A stretch of 64,000 bases of DNA, from positions 448,001 to 512,000 of the forward strand of contig CAWAWS010000007.1 in NCBI GenBank assembly GCA_963785725.1, given 5' to 3'. The stretch comes from an uncultured delta proteobacterium (lineage in GTDB: Bacteria; Myxococcota_A; Polyangia; Palsa-1104). Below the pieces are notes generated by a model. It was not told the origin of the DNA and ran no database searches. It saw only the letters and a program-made list of their open reading frames with translations. The position numbers and the translations under genes were made by a program. This document shows positions 21,168 to 29,994 of the stretch, in pieces; the stretch's first letter is position 1; each line of letters starts with the position of its first letter.

Positions 21168-22796
21168 CTACGATGTCGGGCGGCGCGCGTGCTGTGCGAC
21201 CTCGGCCAACAGCTGCTCGAGTCGCGGCTGCCACGTCGGCAACACCTGCAGCAGCAGCGTCACATCCGCGCGCGTCCATCGGCCCGCGTCCTGTGGCCGT
21301 CCCAAGCGGTGCGCGCTCGCGAAGCGCACGACGCGCATGACGGACGCGTGGTCGCGGTCGCGATATTCGTCCTGCAAGAGCCGCGTGCTCAGCGCCAGCG
21401 CTTCGGCGAATTGACCGCGCCAGCACTGCAGCAGCGCCTGATAGACGTCGCCGACGTCGCGTTCCGCCTCATGCTCGCTCGCGCGCATCGTTGCGATTTC
21501 GGCTTCGAGCAGGTCCCAGCGCTCCAAGATGAGCCACGCCTGCGCGCGATGCTCGCGTGCCTGCGCCGGCCAGTCGTCCTCGGCGATGCGCACGGCCAGC
21601 TCGTCGGTCGCCGCCGCCGCCATGTCTTGCCAGCGTCGCTGCGAGTGATAGACGAGCAGCAGCGTCTCCCACGCGTCCATCTGTTGCACCTCACGCGCCA
21701 AGACCGCCCGTAGCGTCGTCTCCGCGCGTTGGTAGCGCCCTTGCCGACAATCGATCCCCGCCCGCACCACCAGCGCCTCGCTGTGATCGGGCTGTAACGC
21801 GAGCACTCCGTCGAGCACGTGACAGGCATCGCGCGTCGAGTCGAGCGTCTCGTGCAGGGCTCGCGCCCAAGTCACCTTTGTCGTCGCGGCGTCGCGACCG
21901 GCGATGACGTCGTCCACCAGCTCGTCGAACGCGTCGGCGAGCGGGCTCGATTGTCCCGCTCGCTCGTCGGCGAACAGCGCGAGCCGCATCGGCGCGCCGC
22001 CGTGCTCGCTGACCCACGCCTGCAGCGCCGCGCATTCCGTCGGATATTTCTCCTGGAGCCACGGCACCACGAAGGCGCAGACATAGTTGTACGCGCGGCT
22101 CGTCGCGTACAACTCATCGCGCGGATGATCCATGAGCCAGCGATCGCCGCGCGTGCGAAACATGAAGTCGTAGTGGTGCGACGCCTCGTGCGCGAACGTG
22201 TGCAGCGTGCGCAGCTTGATGAGCGCCGTCGCCGCCGCCGAGATCCCGGGCGCATGAATGTGCGTGTAGACGTCGATCGAGCGAGCGTGCTCGCCATAGC
22301 GGCCGCGCAGCATCGGTCCCCAAACGCCGGGGAAAACTTCGCGGCTCCGCGTGTTCGTGTGCGGATCGTAGCTGCCGAAGCGCGCGCGATATTCGTACGG
22401 CGACGCCGGCCGCAAGCGAACGACGCCCAGCCCATCGAGCGCGCTCGGCGGAAAGCGGCGCATCAGATCGCGCAGCTCGTCGGCCGTGAACGCCGGCTGC
22501 CGATAGGCGCCGCCGTCGACGATCTCGATCGGCAGCGCGTCCTCGACGAGCGCGGGAATCGTCAGCTGCGCTTCGCGCCGGGTGTTGCGCACGCGCCGCT
22601 TCACCCGATCTTGCAGCTGAATGCGCCGTCGCGTCTCATGGAGCAGCTCGTCGTGAACGCGCTCGTCCGCGTAGTGCTGAGTCTCCAGTTTCTCTAGACG
22701 CTTGTGCGTCCCTCGAATCGATCGCGACAAGCGGACAGTATGCCTCGCCGCGCGAAAATCCGCCGTGCGCTGCCGCACGACGCCGCGCGGACACAC
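21168..22796 (-). CDS. Hypothetical protein with HExxH motif and C-terminal TPR-like helices (start uncertain)
   Basis: Long ORF; TFAHEASHH; TPR-like LALQPDHSEAL..GRYQRAE; the ORF-track start overlaps the adjacent gene, so trimmed to an in-frame GTG. Confidence 0.6.
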   Translation of the reverse strand: MCPRGVVRQRTADFRAARHTVRLSRSIRGTHKRLEKLETQHYADERVHDELLHETRRRIQLQDRVKRRVRNTRREAQLTIPALVEDALPIEIVDGGAYRQPAFTADELRDLMRRFPPSALDGLGVVRLRPASPYEYRARFGSYDPHTNTRSREVFPGVWGPMLRGRYGEHARSIDVYTHIHAPGISAAATALIKLRTLHTFAHEASHHYDFMFRTRGDRWLMDHPRDELYATSRAYNYVCAFVVPWLQEKYPTECAALQAWVSEHGGAPMRLALFADERAGQSSPLADAFDELVDDVIAGRDAATTKVTWARALHETLDSTRDACHVLDGVLALQPDHSEALVVRAGIDCRQGRYQRAETTLRAVLAREVQQMDAWETLLLVYHSQRRWQDMAAAATDELAVRIAEDDWPAQAREHRAQAWLILERWDLLEAEIATMRASEHEAERDVGDVYQALLQCWRGQFAEALALSTRLLQDEYRDRDHASVMRVVRFASAHRLGRPQDAGRWTRADVTLLLQVLPTWQPRLEQLLAEVAQHARRPTS

Positions 22797-22924
22797 GAGG
22801 AGCGTGCGCTTTGCGAGCGGTCGTTTTGCTGGAGCGATCGCGGCGCGATCGCGGATGGCTGCTGCGCGAGGCGAGAGGACGCGCGCGCCACGGTCAGCGA
22901 CGCGCGCGTTCGACCGTTCGGCGA

Positions 22925-23470
22925 CTACTCTTCGTCGTCGCTGGGAACGATGACGGCGTCTTCGTCGTCTTCGCTCGCCGCCACCGGCTCGTCCTCGTCG
23001 TCGTCGGCCGCCGCGTGCTGGCCGTTGTTGCCGAAGCCGCGCACCGGCTCCGGGCTCGGCGGCGTCGCGTGCACGTGCTCGTCGTCGTGCTCGTGCTCGC
23101 TCGACGACGTCGCCCAACCGGCCTCGATCTCGCGATCTTCAGCGGCGTGCGTCGTCTCCGGCTCGGGCGCGCGCACGCTCGGCTTCTTCGGCGCGGCCTT
23201 TTTTACCGGCTTTTTCGCGGGCGCTGCCGCTTTCTTGACCGGCTTGGCCGCCGCTTTAGCCGCCGCCTTTTTTGCTTTTGGCGCGGGCTTTTTCGCGGGC
23301 GTCGCCTTCTTGACGGGCTTGGCCGCCTTCTTCACCGGCTTGGCCTTGCCGCTCGCTTTTTTCGCGGGCGCCTTCTTTTTCGCGCTCGTCTTGCCCTTCG
23401 CCTTCGAAGGAGCCGCACTCTTCTTCTTGCCCTGCGCCTTGGTGCTCTTCTTGGACTTTGGCTTGGCCAT
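22925..23470 (-). CDS. Histone H1-like Lys/Ala/Pro-rich protein with acidic C-terminal tail
   Basis: Repeated AKKPA/KPVKKAA motifs over ~100 aa, then D/E-rich region. Confidence 0.8.
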   Translation of the reverse strand: MAKPKSKKSTKAQGKKKSAAPSKAKGKTSAKKKAPAKKASGKAKPVKKAAKPVKKATPAKKPAPKAKKAAAKAAAKPVKKAAAPAKKPVKKAAPKKPSVRAPEPETTHAAEDREIEAGWATSSSEHEHDDEHVHATPPSPEPVRGFGNNGQHAAADDDEDEPVAASEDDEDAVIVPSDDEE

Positions 23471-23652
23471 GAGCCCGCATTATAGGGCCGCGCGAAAAAG
23501 GTCTAGACACGAATTTTTAATCCAGATATTGTGTAGTTGAAAATACTTAATTTTTATATAAAAACATAGGCTACCGAGGGCTTCGTCGCGCCCGATGGCG
23601 AGGTTTCGCCGGGGAGCGGCGCGGCCGGTTTGGACGCTCGAGCGGAGGATGA

Positions 23653-24156
23653 ATGACCCACGCGCTGCGCGCCCCTTCGGTTCCCATGGGCTTGTCGGAG
23701 CTGGCCGAGGAATTCCGCCAGCTCGACCGCCAGCGACGAGAGCGCGGGCTGTCGTTGAGTGATGCCGGCCGCTATCACACGCTGTTCGAGCGGCTGTCGG
23801 AGGTGTTGGCCTCGGGCGAGCGCCACCGCAAGCTCGACGCGCGGCAGTTCCTGCGCGTGCCGTTCGTCGTCGAGCTGACGCTGATGCGCGGCCACGGCCC
23901 GGTCACCGCGCGCTGTCGCGACTTCGGCGGCGGTGGCTGCGCGTTGACGACCGACGAGCCGCTCGCCGTCGGTCACGACGTCTGGCTCGACGGCGCCAAC
24001 GTCGCCGGCGAGCCGCAGCCGCTGCGTGGCCGCGCCATCGTCGCCTGGGCCGAAGCCGGCAGCTACGGCCTGCGCTTCTGCCTCGACGTCCCCGCCGAGC
24101 GCGACCAGATCGATCGCCTCTTTTACCGCCTGCTGGACCGCTTTTTGCGCGAGTGA
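23653..24156 (+). CDS. PilZ domain protein
   Basis: RQFLR and RDFGGGG c-di-GMP-binding-like motifs; GGAGGA RBS. Confidence 0.8.
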   Translation: MTHALRAPSVPMGLSELAEEFRQLDRQRRERGLSLSDAGRYHTLFERLSEVLASGERHRKLDARQFLRVPFVVELTLMRGHGPVTARCRDFGGGGCALTTDEPLAVGHDVWLDGANVAGEPQPLRGRAIVAWAEAGSYGLRFCLDVPAERDQIDRLFYRLLDRFLRE

Positions 24157-24216
24157 CGATCAGGGCGCGGCAAGGTGGCGGTTGATGTAGCCGTCGCCGC
24201 GTGCTACCTCCACGAC

Positions 24217-25329
24217 ATGCGGAAGCAGCAGCTGACGTGGTGGCGCAAGTCGGGCTTCGTGCTCGGCTCGGGCGCATTGATGCTGATGGGCGCGCTCATG
24301 CACGCCGCCTGCGAGGACTCGAAAGGCGCGCGCGCCTCGACGCAGAAGCCGGAAGACCTGGCCGAAGTCCTGGCCAAGGTCGACGACGTCACCATCACCG
24401 TCGGCGAGTTCCAAGAGCGCATCAACCAGCAGTCGCCTTACGTGCGGGCGCGCTACACGTCGCTGGAGCGCAAGAAGGAGTTCCTCGACAACCTGGTGCG
24501 CTTCGAGGTGCTGGCCAAAGAGGCGCAGCGGCGCGGGCTCGATAAAGATCCCGAAGTCGTCCGCACGATGAAGCAGGTCATGATCCAGAAGCTGATGAAG
24601 GACGAGGTCGAGCAGCAGAAGGTCGAGGACATCAGCGACGCCGAGTGCCGCAAATACTTCGAGGCGCATCCCGAGGAGTTCAACAAGGCCGAGGAGGTGC
24701 GCGTGGCCTCGATCTTGGTCAAGGATTCGTCGACGGCGAAGAAGGTGCTGGCCGACGCGCGCATCAAAGGCGTCGACAATCAGCAGTTCCGCAACCTCGT
24801 GGCCGAGTATTCGCAAGACTTGGCGACCAAGGATCGCGGCGGCGATCTGCGCTACTTCGACGCCAAGACGAAGGACGTGCCCAAAGAGATCGTCGACGCG
24901 GCGTTCAAGCTGCAGAACATCGGCGACGTGTCCGAGCCGCTGCGGACGTCGCAAGGCATCGTCATCTTGAAGCTGACCGGGCGGCGCAAGGCGATCACGC
25001 GCCGCTTCGAAGAGGTCGTGCAGCAGATTCGCAACAAGATCTATCGCGATAAGCGCCAGGACGCGATGGAGACGTTCACCAAGACGGTGCGCGACAAGTC
25101 GAACGTCAAGATCGACGAGGCCAAGCTGGCCAAAGTGCAGATCGAAGGGCTGGGCGCCGGGCAGTTTCCGGGGCCGGGCGTGCCGCCGCCGGGGCCGGGG
25201 CAGTTCCATCCGGGCGCGCCGGGCGCGCCGCAGGCCACGCCGGTCGCGCCCGGCAATCCCGCGGGCGCGTCGACGATCGCGCTGCCACCGCCGGGATCGC
25301 CCAAAGCGCCCGAGCCGGCGAACAAGTAA
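24217..25329 (+). CDS. Parvulin (PpiC-type) peptidyl-prolyl isomerase/foldase lipoprotein
   Basis: VLAKV, YSQD..TKDRGGDLRYF, VSEPLRTSQG; Pro-rich tail. Confidence 0.9.
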   Translation: MRKQQLTWWRKSGFVLGSGALMLMGALMHAACEDSKGARASTQKPEDLAEVLAKVDDVTITVGEFQERINQQSPYVRARYTSLERKKEFLDNLVRFEVLAKEAQRRGLDKDPEVVRTMKQVMIQKLMKDEVEQQKVEDISDAECRKYFEAHPEEFNKAEEVRVASILVKDSSTAKKVLADARIKGVDNQQFRNLVAEYSQDLATKDRGGDLRYFDAKTKDVPKEIVDAAFKLQNIGDVSEPLRTSQGIVILKLTGRRKAITRRFEEVVQQIRNKIYRDKRQDAMETFTKTVRDKSNVKIDEAKLAKVQIEGLGAGQFPGPGVPPPGPGQFHPGAPGAPQATPVAPGNPAGASTIALPPPGSPKAPEPANK

Positions 25330-25352
25330 CGGCCTAGCTGAGTCATAACCCC

Positions 25353-26336
25353 GTGAAGCTCGATTTTCGTCGCCTGTCGTTCGCGCTCGCTGTCGTGGTC
25401 GCGTCGGTCGTTTTGGGCTCCACGGCGCGCGCCGCGCGCGTCGTCGAGCGCGTCGTCGCCGTCGTCAATGACGACGTCATCCTCGAGACGGAGCTCGATC
25501 AGTTCGCGGCGCCGCAATATCGCGGGCCCGATCCAGAGACGCCGGAAGGCAAGAAGGCGTGGGACGACACGAAGCGCAAGGCGCTCGAGCTGATGATCGA
25601 CTCGAAGCTGATTCAGGAGCAGGCGACCGAGCTCAAGCTGGCGGTGACGTCGGAAGAGATCGATCGCGCCATCGAGCAGGTCAAGCAGCAGAACAAGCTC
25701 GATGATTCGACGTTCGTCGAGGCGCTCAAGACGCAGGGCTACACGATGGACGGCTATCGCAAGAGCCTGCGCAAGCAGATCCTGGAGCTCAAGGTCGTGT
25801 CGCAGGCGGTGCGCTCGCGCGTCTCGGTCGGCGACGAAGAGGTGCGCACCTATTACAAGCAGAACGAGAAGGCGATGTCGGGCGCCGATCGTCAGGTGCG
25901 CTTGCGGCAGATCTTGATCACGATGTCGGACAAGATGGGCGACGACGAGGTCGAGCGGAAGAAGAAGGTGGCGCTCAAGGTCGTCGAGCTGGCGCGCGAA
26001 GGCCATTCGTTCGGCGAGCTGGCCAAGCAGTACAGCGACGACGAAGGCACGAAAGAGAGCGGCGGCGACCTCGGCTTCCTATCGAAGGGCACGCTCGTCG
26101 ACGAGCTCGACGAAGCGGTGCAGGCGATGGAGCCGGGCGACGTGCGCGGCCCGATTCGCACGGCGCGCGGCTGGGTCGTGCTGCAGCTGGTCGAGCGCAA
26201 AGCGGCGGATATCCGGCCGTTCGAAGAGGTCAAAGAGGCGCTGCGCAAACAGCTCTACGATCAGCAAGTGGAGAAGGCGCAGCAGTCGTGGCTCAAGGAG
26301 CTGCGCAAGAAGGCGCACGTCGACATTCGCTACTGA
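25353..26336 (+). CDS. surA: SurA-like chaperone/peptidyl-prolyl isomerase
   Basis: RVVAVVNDDVILETEL N-domain, FGELAKQYSDD..GGDLG, WLKELRKKAHV. Confidence 0.85.
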   Translation: MKLDFRRLSFALAVVVASVVLGSTARAARVVERVVAVVNDDVILETELDQFAAPQYRGPDPETPEGKKAWDDTKRKALELMIDSKLIQEQATELKLAVTSEEIDRAIEQVKQQNKLDDSTFVEALKTQGYTMDGYRKSLRKQILELKVVSQAVRSRVSVGDEEVRTYYKQNEKAMSGADRQVRLRQILITMSDKMGDDEVERKKKVALKVVELAREGHSFGELAKQYSDDEGTKESGGDLGFLSKGTLVDELDEAVQAMEPGDVRGPIRTARGWVVLQLVERKAADIRPFEEVKEALRKQLYDQQVEKAQQSWLKELRKKAHVDIRY

Positions 26337-26419
26337 TTGTGCATTTGCACCACGAAATTGTGCATTCGCAACACGATATTACGCAGCTGCACAATGTAAT
26401 TGTGCGTTCGCATCAGGCG
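26336..26419 (+). repeat. 21-bp-period palindromic repeat array (4 units)
   Basis: ATTGTGCATTTGCACCACGAA / ATTGTGCATTCGCAACACGAT / ATTACGCAGCTGCACAATGTA / ATTGTGCGTTCGCATCAGGCG. Confidence 0.9.
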
Positions 26420-26440
26420 ACGGCGCGGCCCGAGACGACG

Positions 26441-26779
26441 TCAGAACTCCCAGGTGAGCGGGCGGCCGCCGACGACGTGCAGGTGGATGTGGAACACGGT
26501 CTGACCGGCGTGCGGGCCGGTGTTGATGACGGTGCGGTAGCCGTCGGCGAGGCCTTCGGCGGCGGCCAGCTGCTTGGCCAGCACGTGCAAGTGGCCGACG
26601 AGCGCTTCGTCCGCCTCCGTCAGCTCGTTCAGCGACGCGATGTGCTGGCGCGGAATGACGAGCAGATGCGTCGGCGCCTTGGGACGAATGTCGCGGAAGG
26701 CGACGGCGCGGTCGTCTTGCAGCAGCAGCTCGGTCTTGATCGTGCCGTCGGCGATCTTGCAGAATAGGCAGTCGCTCAT
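26441..26779 (-). CDS. hinT: Histidine triad nucleotide-binding protein
   Basis: CLFCKI, GQTVFHIHLHVVGGR. Confidence 0.95.
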   Translation of the reverse strand: MSDCLFCKIADGTIKTELLLQDDRAVAFRDIRPKAPTHLLVIPRQHIASLNELTEADEALVGHLHVLAKQLAAAEGLADGYRTVINTGPHAGQTVFHIHLHVVGGRPLTWEF

Positions 26780-26828
26780 GCGCGGTTCTCCTGTCGTCGA
26801 GCCTGTTGTCGGGCAGAAACGCTAACAC

Positions 26829-27575
26829 ATGCGCCGCCGCCTGCGGGTCGTCAGCTGGAACGTGGGGCGCCTCTATTCGCCGACGCACAACAATCGGCTC
26901 GACGACGCCGACGTGCCGGCGGTGGCGGCGGTGCTCGCCGAGCTGCATCCCGACGTCGTGCTGCTGCAGGAGCTGATCGACGAGCGGCAGCTGACGGCGC
27001 TGCAGTCGCGAATGTTCCCGCGCCTCGGGGAATTTCGCGCGGCGCTCGCGACGAAGTGCGGCTACGACCGGCGCGTGGCGGCGTTGGCGCGCGTCGAGCT
27101 GCAGCCCGTGTTCGACGAGGCGCTGCTCGGCCAGACCACGCGCGGCGTCGTCGGCGTGCGCTTCGTTCTCGACGGCGACGGCGGCGGCGACGTCGTGGGC
27201 GCGGCGTTGTCGGCGCACTTCGACGTCTTCGGCGCCGATCGCCGCGCCGAGCAGGGCAATGCGCTGGCGGAGCTGGCCGAAGCGCGCGCCGAGCCGCTCG
27301 TCATCTTTGGCGGCGACCTGAACATCGATCCGAGGATTGCCGCGGCCTCCGCCGCCGGCACGCACAACCTGCTCGACGTACGCACCTTCGCCCGCCTGAC
27401 GCGCAACTTCGTCGATGCCGGGCGCGATTCCGGGGCAACCCTGCTCGGTATCTTTCGCGTCGATCACCTGTTCGTAAGAGGCGCGACTCGTGCAGTTTTG
27501 TGCGTGTCTCCGCGACGGCTTCCGCTCGGAGATCATCACCCGCTGGTGCTAGACGTAGACGTGGATCCGACGTAG
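26829..27575 (+). CDS. Endonuclease/exonuclease/phosphatase family protein
   Basis: VSWNV, DVVLLQE, GGDLN, VDHLF, GDHHP. Confidence 0.85.
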   Translation: MRRRLRVVSWNVGRLYSPTHNNRLDDADVPAVAAVLAELHPDVVLLQELIDERQLTALQSRMFPRLGEFRAALATKCGYDRRVAALARVELQPVFDEALLGQTTRGVVGVRFVLDGDGGGDVVGAALSAHFDVFGADRRAEQGNALAELAEARAEPLVIFGGDLNIDPRIAAASAAGTHNLLDVRTFARLTRNFVDAGRDSGATLLGIFRVDHLFVRGATRAVLCVSPRRLPLGDHHPLVLDVDVDPT

Positions 27576-27602
27576 CATCCACGAGCTGAAGGAGGCTCAC
27601 CG

Positions 27603-27932
27603 GTGGAGCACCGCAGGTCGGATCGACGGTATGAACGAAGTGTCGCCATCGACTTCAAGCACGAGTCGACGACGTACACGGCGCGTACCCGCAACATCAG
27701 TTTAGGTGGCGTGTTCATCGAGACCGAGCAGTCGTTGCCGTTTGGTACGCGCTTGGTGCTGAAGTTCCCGGTGCCGACGCAGGCCGAGCCGATCGAAGTC
27801 GAAGGCCAAGTGCGTTGGTTGGAGCTGGAAGACGGTCGACTTCGCGGCCTGGGCGTGCGCTTCGAGGGGCTGCGCGCGCGTGATGTCTGGGCGCTCAACA
27901 AATTTTTCGAGAAGCCGCTCGAAGAAAAATGA
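27603..27932 (+). CDS. Stand-alone PilZ domain protein (myxobacterial type)
   Basis: RRSDRR and NISLGGVFI motifs, GQVRW, GLGVRF; GGAGG RBS. Confidence 0.9.
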   Translation: MEHRRSDRRYERSVAIDFKHESTTYTARTRNISLGGVFIETEQSLPFGTRLVLKFPVPTQAEPIEVEGQVRWLELEDGRLRGLGVRFEGLRARDVWALNKFFEKPLEEK

Positions 27933-27972
27933 AATGATGCGATCGCACAATTATCTTATGCATATGCACAAT
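27931..27972 (-). repeat. 21-bp-period palindromic repeat array (2 units, reverse orientation)
   Basis: Reverse strand reads ATTGTGCATATGCATAAGATA / ATTGTGCGATCGCATCATTTC. Confidence 0.85.
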
Positions 27973-29148
27973 TTGGCGGCCGCGGCCGCCGTTTCATTGT
28001 TGACGCTGTCCACGGCGCACGCCGCCGATCCGACGCCCGTGCCGGCGCACGCGCCCGATCGCCAGCCGATCGCCGTCGTCTGGATGGGCGACGCGTCGAG
28101 CCTGGAGCTGGGCGCGGCGCGCACCGTCGCCGAAGTGAACGCGGCCTTGGCGCGCACGGCCACGGCTCGTCCCGTCGACGGCATCGAAGATCGGCGCCTG
28201 CTCGTCGAAGGCGGCCCGTCGACGAAGGTGCAGCTCCTCTTGCACAGCGCCGAAGCCAGCTTCGTGAAGCTCAAATATGCCGACGCGGCGCGCGATTACG
28301 AAGCGGCCGAGACGGTGCTGCTCAACGAAGTGCCCTTGACGGTGTTGCGGCAGCTGTTGGGCGACGTCGAGCGCAGCCTGCTCGCTTGCTACGATCAGCT
28401 CGGCCGTCCCGTCGACGCCGCGCGCGCCGCCGAGCGCCTCAGCTGGGCCGCCGGCAGCAACGACGACATGAAGCGGCTGGTCGAGAAGTATCCGTTGGCG
28501 CGCACGTGGGAGCCGGCGTTGGCGCCGGTCACCGTCGACAGCGAGCCGGCGGGTGCCATCGTCTTCCGCAATCTGCGCGAGCTGGGCGCGGCGCCGCAGA
28601 CGTTCCCGGGCGGCGATCCGACGATCGACGTCATCGATGTGGAAGCGCCGGGATTTCGCCGCGGCCATCGCGAGCTGCGCGCGGGCGAGTCGGTGAAAGT
28701 GGCGCTGGTGAAGGAAGATCGGCTGGGCGTGCTCGTCGACGCCATCCGCGCGCAGTCGCCCGACGCCAAGCCGATCGACGTCGCCGCCGTCGGCCGTCGC
28801 GTCGGTGCCAAGCGCGTGCTCGTGCTGTTGCCCGATGGGCCGAAGAAGCTGCTCGGCCGCTGGCTGGACGTCGCCAAAGCGCAGTGGGCGCCCGAGACGA
28901 CGCGCGTCGACGCCACGGGCGCGCCGGCGATGGAGAAGCTGGCGCTGTACGCCGCGCCGCCCGAGCAAGCGGGTCCGCCGCCCGAGCTCGTCGCCACCAC
29001 GGCGCCGCCGCCGAAGAGGAAGTCGGTCGGCCCGTGGGGCAAGTGGTACACGTGGACGGCCGCGGGCGCCGTCGTCGCGCTCGTCGCCGGCCTGCTCATC
29101 GCCGAGCACGTCGGCAGCGATCAGCTGACCGTGACCGCGTCGCATTAG
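27934..29148 (+). CDS. Secreted hypothetical protein with PEGA-like domain and C-terminal TM
   Basis: Signal peptide ending TAHA, VTVDSEPAGAIVF, PWGKWYTW followed by TM; exact start uncertain (27934/27958). Confidence 0.7.
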   Translation: MMRSHNYLMHMHNLAAAAAVSLLTLSTAHAADPTPVPAHAPDRQPIAVVWMGDASSLELGAARTVAEVNAALARTATARPVDGIEDRRLLVEGGPSTKVQLLLHSAEASFVKLKYADAARDYEAAETVLLNEVPLTVLRQLLGDVERSLLACYDQLGRPVDAARAAERLSWAAGSNDDMKRLVEKYPLARTWEPALAPVTVDSEPAGAIVFRNLRELGAAPQTFPGGDPTIDVIDVEAPGFRRGHRELRAGESVKVALVKEDRLGVLVDAIRAQSPDAKPIDVAAVGRRVGAKRVLVLLPDGPKKLLGRWLDVAKAQWAPETTRVDATGAPAMEKLALYAAPPEQAGPPPELVATTAPPPKRKSVGPWGKWYTWTAAGAVVALVAGLLIAEHVGSDQLTVTASH

Positions 29149-29218
29149 CCAGCCGCAACCCGCACGGCCGCAACACATTCGCTTCAACTTCCACGCGCTC
29201 TTGAGTTACAAGCTTCCG

Positions 29219-29971
29219 ATGAACCGTTGGGGACTGCGCGTCTTCGCGCTGGCGCTCGTCATATCGCCTGTGGCCGGCTGCAAGAAGAGGCAACAGCAAC
29301 AGCCGGAGGTCCATAAGCTCTCGGGCGCGCTGCAGCTGCAGCTGACGCCCGGTCGCACCGGCGAGGCGCGGATTCGCTACGAGCTCATCGAGGACGGCAC
29401 CGCGCAGCCGGTCATCGACATGCACCTGCCGTGGAAGATCTTGCGGACGATGGCCGACGGCACGACGCAAGTGGGCCTCGGGCCGCCGACGTTCCCGGGC
29501 GCGACGACGCCGGCCTGGCCGGCCGGCAGCACCGTGACCTTGCAGCTCGACGCGCTCGATCGTGACTCGCACTGGATGCCGCGCGCGGACTTCCACGCGC
29601 CGGTCGAGGCGCAGCTGGCGCTCGAGAACGCGCTGCGCGTGCGCTACGCGACCGGCGCCGGCATCATCGCCTTTCCGACGACGCCGATTCACGCCGGCGA
29701 CACGTGGAGCGCCGACGATCCGCCGGCCGGCGGCGTGCACACGCATCGCCAGTCGAAGCTGCTGTCGTTGGACGGCGACGGCAAGCGCGCGCGCATCGCC
29801 ATCACCGAAGACTCGACCGTCGACGATTCGACCGCCAGCGAGCACGTCAAAGGCGAGATTGTGTACGCGCTCGACGAGCCGCTTCCCGTCGGTGGCTGGC
29901 TGCGCATCGAGAGCCGCCTCGCCGACGGCCACCAGCGCACCATCGCCTATTTGTACGGCAACAAGAAGTAG
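29219..29971 (+). CDS. Hypothetical lipoprotein
   Basis: Lipobox VAGC after hydrophobic stretch. Confidence 0.7.
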   Translation: MNRWGLRVFALALVISPVAGCKKRQQQQPEVHKLSGALQLQLTPGRTGEARIRYELIEDGTAQPVIDMHLPWKILRTMADGTTQVGLGPPTFPGATTPAWPAGSTVTLQLDALDRDSHWMPRADFHAPVEAQLALENALRVRYATGAGIIAFPTTPIHAGDTWSADDPPAGGVHTHRQSKLLSLDGDGKRARIAITEDSTVDDSTASEHVKGEIVYALDEPLPVGGWLRIESRLADGHQRTIAYLYGNKK

Positions 29972-29994
29972 ATCGGCGCTAAGTAAACAGCTGT

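Noticed and set aside
26336..26419. 21-bp arrays as a mini-CRISPR
   Set aside because: The variable part is only about 5-7 bp, the repeats are degenerate, and no cas genes are in the window.
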